Part shown: positions 12,625-21,652 of the stretch, piece by piece
How positions within the stretch are numbered: the first letter of the stretch is position 1
Layout of the letters: each line of letters begins with the position of its first letter
Origin: a virus
Taxonomy: Duplodnaviria > Heunggongvirae > Uroviricota > Caudoviricetes
IMG/VR virus record: IMGVR_UViG_648861009_000008
Length of the DNA: 46,481 bases
Direction: 5' to 3' (one strand)
Made by a program: the position numbers and the translations under genes
The notes under the pieces: generated by a model
What the model was told of the DNA's origin: nothing
The model's input: the letters and a program-made list of their open reading frames with translations, nothing else
Databases searched by the model: none

Positions 12625-14805
12625 TCAGCTGAATTGTTTTTTCTTCAGCTCGTTGAGTGCCGTCTGTTTCTGAAGCTCCTGCTGTTTTACATCCAGCAGC
12701 GTCAGTGCCTGAATCAGTTCATCTTTACGGGCCAGCACACTCTTTTCATCTGCCGTCAGTTTTTTCCCGTCCAGGTCGCTGATGCGCTGCTGCAGAGCCA
12801 GAAGCTGTTTATGCGCTTCTGTCATCCTTTCCGTGGCAATGCCTGCTGACTGTCTGGCAGCAGCAATCTGTCCTTCCACCTGTGCCTGTTGCTGACTGTA
12901 CTGCAGCAATAACCGGGTGGCCTCATCATTACGGGGTTCGCGTGTTTTTTTCTTACCGGATGCCAGGGCTTTCTCGTAACGTTCATTTTCACGTTGTATC
13001 GCTGCATCCCTGACAGCCTGATCGGCGTACTGCATGGAATTAATACGCGCAATTTCACGCTGATGTCGTGCTGCTTCCGTTTCATTCATCCGGTTCAGTG
13101 CAGCATTTTCAGCATTACGTCGTTTCTGTTGCTCCTGATAATTCCGCTCTGCCTGCTCTTTTGCATCCTGCAAATCCTTCTGGCGTTTTTTCTCCTGAAG
13201 ATCGTTAAGACGCTGCTGATCGTATTCAACCTGAGAAGATGATGCCGTCCAGGGGAGTCTTTTCGCCCGCGACACTTTCTCCTGTAAAGCGGCAATCTGT
13301 TCATCCAGCGAGTCTTCACGACCAATATTCATGGCCGCATCCCAGAAACGACTCCACAAATCAGACAGATACTTCAGCGTACTGCCAAGCGCATTGAGGT
13401 TATTATCAATATCCGCAGTACGCCGACCGGTTTCCTCTGCCAGTGCAGACATGGCTATCCGTGCAGCATCACTGGACCGTCCCTGATCCCCAAGGACACG
13501 TATCTGCTCAAGCTGAGTGGCAGTAAGAAAATGCAGCTCATTGTCCAGAGCCTTCGCGGCATTTACAGGATCATCCTTCAGCCGCTTAAACTGATTTATG
13601 GTATCGCTGACCGACTGGCCAACCGATCGCTCCATCTGTGCGGCAGCTCTCGCCACCATACCGATATCGTTTCCACGAAATGCACCACTCCCCACCACCT
13701 GAGCCAGCGCACCGGCTGCAGCATGTTGCGTGATACCATTCCCGGAAATAGCACGACTGAGCGTCCACAGCTGCCCGGCAGTGACTCCGGCATAATGCCC
13801 CGTCAGCGACAACTGGCGGTTAAATTCTTCCCCCTCCTTCTGACCGTCATACCAGGCTTTACCCAGACCATAGACGGACGCGGCAATACCGCCAATAACC
13901 CCGCCAAGCATCATGCCTTTCGGTGACATCAGAGTGTCTATCCATCCGGCACGGTTAGCCAGCGTTATCCCGGATCCCCTCAGCGCCCCTAAATTGCCGC
14001 GGGCCAGTTCACCTATCAGAACGCCAATCTCCTGGCGGGCCGCTGCACTTTTCAGACCCAGCGAATGCGTGGCTTTTCCTGCCTGCTCCATTTTGCGGAT
14101 ATACACTTCTGCAGCACTGCTTACCCCCAGCTGGGCAGCCTTAGCACGAAGCAACTCAGAAGAAGAAAGATTCTGGCGGGTTGCCTGCTCTTTAAGCTGA
14201 CGGATAAACGCCACTTTCTGTCGGGTAGCCTCTTCCTCAGCCTGCGTAAGAACACGGGTTTTCGCCGTAACCTCAGAAATCAGCGCCAGATAATCCTGCT
14301 GACCAATCCCGCCACTGTTTCTGGCCTGTCGGATCTGCTGCTGAATACGCTGTAATTCCTGCAGCCCCGCACTGGCCTGTTTCACACTGTCAATCTGACG
14401 ATAAAACGCGGCAGCCGCTTTATCCTGAGCCTCCGCCAGAGCCATGGCCTGCGCCTGTTCCTCGCGCATTTTCTGGCTCAGTGCCTCCATACGCTGGCGG
14501 GTTTGCTCCACCTCGCGGGCCATGCGTTCATGAGCCTGTGCGCTCTTCTCCACCGTCTGCGCATGGACGGATGCGGCTGTTGCAGCCGAAGAAGCCGCCT
14601 GCATTGTCTGCCGGGCGGCCTGAGTCTGACGCTCCATAAAACGCTGCATACGGGCAGAAGACCGTTCTGCATCGCTGGCTGCACCATTCAGAAGGTTTTT
14701 GATACGGGGAATTTCATTTTTAAACTCTGCCGCATCAATCCCCAAATCAATGACCAGGTTGGCTATCTGGTCCATAACGCACACCTCCGGAAATACCTTC
14801 CCCAA
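12625..14805 (-). CDS. H: tail tape-measure protein, N-terminal segment (726 aa, coiled-coil rich)
   Basis: Long helical Q/A/E/R-rich ORF between G/T and M, the lambda H position. Confidence 0.85.
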   Translation of the reverse strand: MGKVFPEVCVMDQIANLVIDLGIDAAEFKNEIPRIKNLLNGAASDAERSSARMQRFMERQTQAARQTMQAASSAATAASVHAQTVEKSAQAHERMAREVEQTRQRMEALSQKMREEQAQAMALAEAQDKAAAAFYRQIDSVKQASAGLQELQRIQQQIRQARNSGGIGQQDYLALISEVTAKTRVLTQAEEEATRQKVAFIRQLKEQATRQNLSSSELLRAKAAQLGVSSAAEVYIRKMEQAGKATHSLGLKSAAARQEIGVLIGELARGNLGALRGSGITLANRAGWIDTLMSPKGMMLGGVIGGIAASVYGLGKAWYDGQKEGEEFNRQLSLTGHYAGVTAGQLWTLSRAISGNGITQHAAAGALAQVVGSGAFRGNDIGMVARAAAQMERSVGQSVSDTINQFKRLKDDPVNAAKALDNELHFLTATQLEQIRVLGDQGRSSDAARIAMSALAEETGRRTADIDNNLNALGSTLKYLSDLWSRFWDAAMNIGREDSLDEQIAALQEKVSRAKRLPWTASSSQVEYDQQRLNDLQEKKRQKDLQDAKEQAERNYQEQQKRRNAENAALNRMNETEAARHQREIARINSMQYADQAVRDAAIQRENERYEKALASGKKKTREPRNDEATRLLLQYSQQQAQVEGQIAAARQSAGIATERMTEAHKQLLALQQRISDLDGKKLTADEKSVLARKDELIQALTLLDVKQQELQKQTALNELKKKQFS

Positions 14806-15513
14806 GATGCATCAGTTCTTCGTCCGTTCGCTCCGGTATCCCGTTCTCTTCCGGTAAAAGGCTGAAATCAGCCACCGCAGCATCACTGCTACCGGACACC
14901 ATTCTCACGATCAATGCCTTCAGCGAGGCAAACTGCGCATCCATCCACACATCACTGAAGCTCTGCATCCGGAAATAATCGCCCCACTCACCAAGCTCAG
15001 TGGCCGACATTTCCGACAGCATCCGCCGCCAGTCTGCCCGCCGGAACTCCCGGGCAAGCCGCATGACAAACTGCATTTCCCGCGTCAGGACTTTTCCGGC
15101 GTCAGCACCTCATGCTCCAAATCCCCGGCATTCTCAATGACTCCCATACCGCTCAGCGACAGAACCATCTCCGCCCCCGCTCCCAGGGCATCATACGACC
15201 ATGTTGTAATAACGGATGCGCAAAGCGTCTCAACATCCTGAGACTGTTCCGCATTCCACAGTGAGCGGGAAACCAGCCAGGCATTGATATCCATCCCCAT
15301 CCGCAGAAAAGCAATCTGTCGTTCAGCCTCCGGCAGTTCTCCCTCTTCGGCATCAAACTTTGCCGTTCGCTGCTGAACAAACGCCAGATATTCAATTCTC
15401 TGCAGCCCGGACAGCTCACTGAGCACCACGGACTGCTTTTCATAATTAAACGTGCCCTGTTTCAGAAACATCATGTTCTCCACCTGCAAAAAAGCCCCGG
15501 ATAACCGGGGCAA
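14747..15513 (-). CDS. T: tail assembly chaperone G-T fusion via programmed -1 frameshift near 15091..15097
   Basis: -1 frame is open from the end of G into the T ORF; heptamer G_GAA_AAG sits where lambda has G_GGA_AAG. Confidence 0.6.
15085..15513 (-). CDS. G: tail assembly chaperone G
   Basis: 142 aa with LSELSGLQRIEYLA motif like lambda G (LSELSALQRIEHLA). Confidence 0.85.
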   Translation of the reverse strand: MPRLSGAFLQVENMMFLKQGTFNYEKQSVVLSELSGLQRIEYLAFVQQRTAKFDAEEGELPEAERQIAFLRMGMDINAWLVSRSLWNAEQSQDVETLCASVITTWSYDALGAGAEMVLSLSGMGVIENAGDLEHEVLTPEKS

Positions 15514-15531
15514 ATGATGAGTATCGTCCTG

Positions 15532-16281
15532 TTAACCTGCGGCGCTGACAGCCACCGCAGCCACTGCCACAAAATCGCCGTCAGAAGTCATGCCCACAAT
15601 GCTGACACTGCCCTGCTTCACGCCTTTCACCGTGGCCACAAGCCCGTTCAGGGTCACCGTGGCAGTCTGTGGATCTGTCGAATGCACACTGATCGCTTTG
15701 TCACTGGCTCCGTCAGGTTTTACTGTAAAGGTCAGCGTGGTGGTTGCTCCCACTTTTACACTGGCAGATGCCGGTGCCACCGTCAGCCCGGTAACGCTCA
15801 CTGTTTCAGTGCCTTCCTCTGCCAGATACGGACGCCCCACACCGCTGATTTTCACTGTGCGGGTCATCACGTCTTTTGAGGCAATGGTTTTACCCAGTGA
15901 GCTCAGCCAGCCACGGAAAACATCAACAGTGCCGTTGGGATATTTGATACGAAACGCGCAGACTTCACCGGAGTCGAACAACTGAACCAGTTTTTTCTGC
16001 CCGCTGTCACCCGGACGCCAGGCCAGCGTCGCCGAAGTATCACCGACGGATTTCTGCCCCTGGGTTGTCGTTTTCCAGTCTGCATCTTCATCATCGAGAT
16101 AAGTGTCATCTTCTGCATCAGCGGTCATTTCGCCAGGTTGCAGATCCTTCACCATCGCAAGACGCAGCCAGTCAGTGTCCGATAAAGGGTTCGCAAACGC
16201 ATCGCCCTTGCCGGTGTACATCCAGAACGTCGTTCCCGCACCTTTCGTTTTTGCCAGTGGATTTGGTGTGGTCATTGCCAC
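15532..16281 (-). CDS. V: major tail protein V with C-terminal Ig-like domain
   Basis: 249 aa; lambda V-like order and sequence; C-terminal beta-rich T/V/S region. Confidence 0.85.
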   Translation of the reverse strand: MAMTTPNPLAKTKGAGTTFWMYTGKGDAFANPLSDTDWLRLAMVKDLQPGEMTADAEDDTYLDDEDADWKTTTQGQKSVGDTSATLAWRPGDSGQKKLVQLFDSGEVCAFRIKYPNGTVDVFRGWLSSLGKTIASKDVMTRTVKISGVGRPYLAEEGTETVSVTGLTVAPASASVKVGATTTLTFTVKPDGASDKAISVHSTDPQTATVTLNGLVATVKGVKQGSVSIVGMTSDGDFVAVAAVAVSAAG

Positions 16282-16286
16282 CTCCT

Positions 16287-16700
16287 TTAATTCGTGTACG
16301 TGATCTGGTACGTGATTTCCGCCATCGCCCAGGTGGCCATCTCATTATCACGTTGATAGTTAAAACCGAGAGGGATCAGGGTGTCGATGAGTCCGGAAAG
16401 TGCCGGTATATCATTCAGGGCCGGGAAAATGGTGCTCTCCATCCACATATCCAGCTCTGAATCCGGTGCCTGTGCCCGGATGAAGACAGCAATATGCAGA
16501 ACAGCCTGCCAGTCATCTTCATCCGTCATTTTTCCGGTGTACTGAGCATCACTCAGCCACACCGCCACGGCAGGCAGTTCCTGCGCATCAATAAATGCCG
16601 GAAGCCCGTCAAAAAACGTGGCGCTGTCTCCACACTGTTCCCGAAGGCGTGCCAGTACGGCCTGGCGGATTTGTGTATGTCGGTTCATCGGGTCAGCCAT
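16287..16700 (-). CDS. U: tail terminator protein U
   Basis: 137 aa with ATFFDG...PAVAVWL...PDSELDMWMES motifs matching lambda U. Confidence 0.85.
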   Translation of the reverse strand: MADPMNRHTQIRQAVLARLREQCGDSATFFDGLPAFIDAQELPAVAVWLSDAQYTGKMTDEDDWQAVLHIAVFIRAQAPDSELDMWMESTIFPALNDIPALSGLIDTLIPLGFNYQRDNEMATWAMAEITYQITYTN

Positions 16701-17263
16701 AACCTCAGTTGTTGTTTCAGTGCATACCCCAGCTGTTTCGGCATTTCCGCAGCAATAATGCGGTCGCGGGCATCTTCAAATGCCTGTGTCAGCGGTCCGG
16801 ACAGCGGGACTTTCACCACATCAATGGGGTAACGATTTTTGCCATCAATACGCCGCATCACATGCCAGCGACCATTCGCCAGTTGCTGAATAAACGCATC
16901 CCGGAAAAGATATTTACCCACCTTCAGCACACTGCCACGGTACTGCAGTTTTCCACCACGCCGGGCCAGTCTGACCCGGGCTGTCCCCAGCTTAATAGCG
17001 GGCAGATTGCCCCGGTTAACGCGGATCCTGGCCGTCATTTTTCCTGACGGACTGGCTTTAAACACCCGGACACGCTGACGTACCAGTTTCAGGGGGATCC
17101 CTTTCACCTGGTTATCTCCCGCAACGGTATTCCCGGCAACCTGCCGGGTGGCGACCGAGACCGCTTTCTGTGCCACACGGTTTATCGCCCATGCGCTGGC
17201 CTGTGGCACCATACGGGTATCAAGGCTGTTCAGATTACGGATGGCATTCTCAAGCCCCTTCAT
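16685..17263 (-). CDS. Z: tail completion protein Z
   Basis: 192 aa at the lambda Z position, overlapping U by 16 nt. Confidence 0.75.
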   Translation of the reverse strand: MKGLENAIRNLNSLDTRMVPQASAWAINRVAQKAVSVATRQVAGNTVAGDNQVKGIPLKLVRQRVRVFKASPSGKMTARIRVNRGNLPAIKLGTARVRLARRGGKLQYRGSVLKVGKYLFRDAFIQQLANGRWHVMRRIDGKNRYPIDVVKVPLSGPLTQAFEDARDRIIAAEMPKQLGYALKQQLRLWLTR

Positions 17264-17274
17264 CCCACACCTCT

Positions 17275-17550
17275 TTACTCAATAAAGATCATTGGCTTAC
17301 CGTTAAAACGTTCATGCCGTGTGACCGTCCATTGTTGTCCGTCATAAACAACGCGATCCCCGCGCCGTGGGCGGTATCCCGAAGAAAACACCACCAGAGA
17401 GACCGCAGGTCCGGACAGAGCATTCAGCTCTGCCAGTGTTTCTCCCGGGATCACAGTCATATCGACATCATTAATCGAGGCTGTCTTTCCCATCTTTCTG
17501 ACCGTGATAGCATCCATACGCGCTGCCAGCCGGGAAAAGGGATCAGACAT
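17275..17550 (-). CDS. head-tail joining protein (FII-like)
   Basis: 91-aa ORF immediately upstream of Z, the lambda FII position. Confidence 0.6.
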   Translation of the reverse strand: MSDPFSRLAARMDAITVRKMGKTASINDVDMTVIPGETLAELNALSGPAVSLVVFSSGYRPRRGDRVVYDGQQWTVTRHERFNGKPMIFIE

Positions 17551-17911
17551 TGAGTTTTACCGGCACTTCTTCTGCACTGGTTCCGGCATCTGCCCAGACA
17601 ACCCCGACCAGCGGATCAGAGCCGCTGTTAGTCAGCTGAACTTTTCCGGACTTCAGATAAACCTTCTTACCCGTTTTCATGTCATCCGTTTTCAGCTTAG
17701 GCAGCATAAACACACCTTCGGTCATGCCGTCGCCTGTTTCACCCTGTGGAATATCGGTCAGCGCCACCGCAAAAACATCGCCCACCTGCACCAGATCTCC
17801 GCTGCTGATGGCTGCACTGGCAACAATCGCCACCGTTTTTCCTTCTTCTACAAAATTCTTTGCCATAACTGTCTCCGCACAGCCCCGTTCAGGGGCTGAT
17901 TTCAGGTACAA
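17543..17911 (-). CDS. small head-associated protein between capsid and FII (function not resolved)
   Basis: 122-aa ORF, translationally coupled (8-nt overlap) to the FII-like gene. Confidence 0.5.
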   Translation of the reverse strand: MYLKSAPERGCAETVMAKNFVEEGKTVAIVASAAISSGDLVQVGDVFAVALTDIPQGETGDGMTEGVFMLPKLKTDDMKTGKKVYLKSGKVQLTNSGSDPLVGVVWADAGTSAEEVPVKLNV

Positions 17912-17952
17912 AAAAAGCCCTTACGGGCCATCAGAGTTGTTGTCTGCGACGT

Positions 17953-19911
17953 TTACGCCGTACATTTCACCAGACCGCGGTGATCAACTGGCGCGACACC
18001 GGCGTCAATACGCACTTTCGTTGTCACGCCATCCACACTGAAGCCCTCCATCTGATCAATATATGGCGTATCCACACCGTTGAGATAAGCCACTTCAATC
18101 GTATCGGAGCCTTTTGACGCAGCCAGGTAGAAGGTGGTCTGGCTGTTATCATCAAGACGAGGCTCTGCAATAACGGTCGCAAAATCTTTCACCGGGTTAA
18201 TAATACCGGCGTTAATGTCAGCCCCCTTGACACTTGAGGAGCGAATGACCTGGTTAGCAACAGACTCCATCGCCGTCGGTACCAGTACGAACGCAGGACG
18301 AATATTCAGATGACGCTCCCCCTCTTTCTGAACGCGCATCAACTGGCGGGCTTTATCCAGCGATGCCACGTCCATTGCAGCGCTCTCCAGTACGTTTGCA
18401 TGTTTCGCTTTATCGAACAGACTTACATTATCTGTGGAGATTTTCGGGTTAGACGTCAGAATGGCATAAACCAGATCGGCAATAGTGGATTTCGCCGCAC
18501 GGCCCAGTTTCATCGGGACATCGGTCAGCATATTCAGATCATCATTGATAATGGCCTGACGGGTGATACTGAACAGCTCGCCATAGGTCGCCAGTGCAAT
18601 AGTGGCCTGTTTATCTCCGGTGGTGACGTATTTATATTCCGCCCCTTCACGCACCTGACGTAGAGCACTGAAGCCCCCCATACCCACACGATGGGCAATT
18701 TTAAAATCAGACAACTGACCTTTCCGCGTCCACTGTTCATAGGTTTCAGGGGCATCTTCCCAGCCCTGCAGAATGGCTTTGTTCGCAACATCCAGCAGAA
18801 TATTACCGAAGTCAGACGTACTGTGTGTGAACGCCGCACCGACCATCTGCATCGGGTTATAACCGGAAACCCCAATACCCCGTTCAGTTAGTGACATACG
18901 GGCATATTCACGCAGGGTCATCCCGTTGTAGACATTATCACGTTCGGTTTTTTCAAATCCGGCACGCGCCATCAGCGCCTGGCGAATCCCGTCCCCCACA
19001 AAATTACCGTTACCGGCATAAATATGAGCCGGGGTATTTTTATTGGATGGCGTGGACTCGCGCCCCATCTCGTTCAACAGCTTTTCACGGGCCTGCTCCA
19101 GCGAACATTCAGGATCGGCAAGACACTGGGCCTGCAGCGTCTGATAACGCCCGCCAAACATGGCAAACAGATCATTAATACCGTTTACACGCGCTTTTTG
19201 CTCTGCCAGTACCTGCGCACGGATACTGTTTTCATCCACCACGGGTGCTGCTGCCTGCACTGGCGTCCGGGAGGCTGCAGGTTCATCATCCTGTACGCGT
19301 GGAGCACTGTTGCGTGGCGGAGTAATCATGTTTCGAATGGATTCCGGCATCTTTTTAAATTCCTCTGTACGTTTTGACTGAATACATGCCATTGCCTTAA
19401 CGGCTGGTGTCACCTGATCAGCAAATCCCTGTGCCAGACATTCGGCACCGGACATCCAGGTCTCATCCGCCAGCATGGCAGCAATTTCATCGGTGGTTTT
19501 CCCGGTTTTCTGTGCATAAGCGGGTAACAGAACCGCCTCAACTTTATCGAGCAGGTCGGCATAGGTGCGCATGTCCTCCGCATCACCGCCCGTAAAGCCA
19601 AATGGTTTATGAATCATCATGAAGGAGTTTTCCGGCATAATGACCGGGTTTCCCACCATCGCAATGACCGACGCCATTGACGCCGCCACACCGTCGACAT
19701 AAACGGTAATGGACGCACCATGTGTTTTCAGTGCATTAAAAATGGCGATGCCTTCAAAGACATCGCCACCCGGTGAATTAATATGGAGATTAATGTGGGT
19801 GATATCGCCCAGTGCATTCAGATCACTGATAAACTGCTTCGCTGTAACACCCCAGAAACCAATCTCGTCATAAATATAAATATCCGCGTCACTCTGGTGA
19901 CCTGCCTGCAT
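17953..19911 (-). CDS. ClpP-family prohead protease fused to HK97-fold major capsid protein; the ORF track extends to 20172 but the likely start is the ATG at 19911
   Basis: N-terminal ClpP/S14-like motifs (INSPGGDVFEGIAIFNALK...ASMASVIAMVG), long C-terminal capsid-like region; probable start 14 nt downstream of the portal stop. Confidence 0.75.
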   Translation of the reverse strand: MQAGHQSDADIYIYDEIGFWGVTAKQFISDLNALGDITHINLHINSPGGDVFEGIAIFNALKTHGASITVYVDGVAASMASVIAMVGNPVIMPENSFMMIHKPFGFTGGDAEDMRTYADLLDKVEAVLLPAYAQKTGKTTDEIAAMLADETWMSGAECLAQGFADQVTPAVKAMACIQSKRTEEFKKMPESIRNMITPPRNSAPRVQDDEPAASRTPVQAAAPVVDENSIRAQVLAEQKARVNGINDLFAMFGGRYQTLQAQCLADPECSLEQAREKLLNEMGRESTPSNKNTPAHIYAGNGNFVGDGIRQALMARAGFEKTERDNVYNGMTLREYARMSLTERGIGVSGYNPMQMVGAAFTHSTSDFGNILLDVANKAILQGWEDAPETYEQWTRKGQLSDFKIAHRVGMGGFSALRQVREGAEYKYVTTGDKQATIALATYGELFSITRQAIINDDLNMLTDVPMKLGRAAKSTIADLVYAILTSNPKISTDNVSLFDKAKHANVLESAAMDVASLDKARQLMRVQKEGERHLNIRPAFVLVPTAMESVANQVIRSSSVKGADINAGIINPVKDFATVIAEPRLDDNSQTTFYLAASKGSDTIEVAYLNGVDTPYIDQMEGFSVDGVTTKVRIDAGVAPVDHRGLVKCTA

Positions 19912-19924
19912 CCTGAACCAGGAA

Positions 19925-21412
19925 TTATTCTTCGGACTGGTCGTCGGTGTGCTGCGGCTCCTGTCGTTTCGTTGCGGCACTGCTGCCTCCTTTATCACTG
20001 GCCGGATCGGTATCAAATACCAGATCCAGCTTGCGGTTTTCATCAATTTCGGCCTTGCGCCGACGTTTGACATCATCCGGATTACGACCACCTGCACGTA
20101 CCCAGTCTGATTCTGTCGCCGCTCCACCACGAATCTGAATTTTCCAGGCCTCAGCCTCCTTAACAGGGTCAATCCACGGCATCACCGGTCCGGAATACAC
20201 CGCGGTATACAGTGAAGAACGATCAAGATCGCGGGGTAGCCTGATAACACCGGATGCCACAGCCTGTTTCAGCCAGGCACGATACATCGGGCGGGTGACG
20301 GCACCAATAAACCAGTCCTGCAGGATCAGGTAGCCATCAGTGGATTCAACCAGCTCCTGACGCTGGGCGCTGTAAGTGCCGTTATAGTTGCGTGCCGTAC
20401 TGGAAAAACTCAGACGACTGCCCGCCGCCACGGCACGCAACTGACCATTACGAAAAGTTTCAAGGTTAGGATTGGGACGATCCGACTTCACCATTCCGAT
20501 TTCTTCGCCGGGTTTCAGATCGTCGTAAATAATGCCTGGCTGAATGGTAAGCTCGCGTTCATTCTCCTTGCTGCCATTACCATCCGGTTCATAGCTCTGC
20601 CCGTCGCCTTTCCGGATGTACATCCCCAGAGCAGCGGCGATCCTTGCTGCAGTCAGCTCAGAATCTTCATACTCTTTCAGGGCACTGAGGCGGATCAGCA
20701 CACCGGACAACAAAGACGTCCCGCGCATCTGGTGCAGACGGCGAACAAATTTAAGATGCAGCATTCGCTCTGCATCCACTTCTTTGGTTTCCATCTGCCG
20801 CCCGGATACGGGACGGCTTTTATACACCAGATATTTTTCGGGACGCCCCCAGTCATCAACAAACACGCCCTGATTCAGCCTGTTGCTCTCATCACTGGTC
20901 ATGGGAATAAAGTCCGGCTCGAGCGCCTCCAGCCAGAAATGAACACCGGCAGAAGGCGTCAGGCTGTTTATGCGCCCGGAAACCATCTGGGCAAACACCT
21001 CACCATCGCGCAGCCAGGTACGCAGCATCAGACGTTCCAGCATCGGACGGGTAAACTGCCCGGTGACTTCCGGACTGACAGACCATTCACTCCATCGGGT
21101 GCGTATCTCCGCTGCCAGATCACGGGCAATGGCCCCATTGCGTAATACCGGATGTGGCTCGACAATAATCCCGTTTTTCCCCACCACCCGTTCTTCCAGC
21201 TTGTCAAATACACCAATAACCAGATCGTGGTTGTTATCAAGGTAACGGGCCTGCTCACGTAACGACACGGCCCCGTACTGGCTTAACTGGTCGGCAGTTC
21301 GGTTTTCCCGCCGGGCTTTGTGTGTCCGTGTCGTTTTTACGGCCTCATAAGCCTGGATCACCGCACGGGAACGCAGCCTTGCCGCTTTCCATCCTGGTGA
21401 AAAAAACGCCAA
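19925..21412 (-). CDS. portal protein (lambda B-like)
   Basis: 495 aa between W and the protease/capsid gene; acidic C-terminus. Confidence 0.8.
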   Translation of the reverse strand: MAFFSPGWKAARLRSRAVIQAYEAVKTTRTHKARRENRTADQLSQYGAVSLREQARYLDNNHDLVIGVFDKLEERVVGKNGIIVEPHPVLRNGAIARDLAAEIRTRWSEWSVSPEVTGQFTRPMLERLMLRTWLRDGEVFAQMVSGRINSLTPSAGVHFWLEALEPDFIPMTSDESNRLNQGVFVDDWGRPEKYLVYKSRPVSGRQMETKEVDAERMLHLKFVRRLHQMRGTSLLSGVLIRLSALKEYEDSELTAARIAAALGMYIRKGDGQSYEPDGNGSKENERELTIQPGIIYDDLKPGEEIGMVKSDRPNPNLETFRNGQLRAVAAGSRLSFSSTARNYNGTYSAQRQELVESTDGYLILQDWFIGAVTRPMYRAWLKQAVASGVIRLPRDLDRSSLYTAVYSGPVMPWIDPVKEAEAWKIQIRGGAATESDWVRAGGRNPDDVKRRRKAEIDENRKLDLVFDTDPASDKGGSSAATKRQEPQHTDDQSEE

Positions 21413-21433
21413 TCACATCATCAAGAATTGCCA

Positions 21434-21652
21434 TCAGAACCTCGCCAGCCGGTACCCGGGATGCCCCCGTCGTCGTGTAATCAGAGCCGCAAGGCGGCGC
21501 TCCCACTCCTGCCGTCCCTGCCGGATCTCAGATAAGTTTTCCATGGTCATCTGCTGACCATTAAAGGTGACGGATTTTCCGTCCAGCACCGCCATTTCAG
21601 CTTCCGTATAACGCTGAATCATGGCTTCGATATCATTCTGGTTCATAACCAT
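21434..21652 (-). CDS. W: head-tail joining protein W
   Basis: 72 aa with ...TRRRGHPGYRLARF C-terminus resembling lambda W (...TQRRRGPAGFYV). Confidence 0.75.
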   Translation of the reverse strand: MVMNQNDIEAMIQRYTEAEMAVLDGKSVTFNGQQMTMENLSEIRQGRQEWERRLAALITRRRGHPGYRLARF

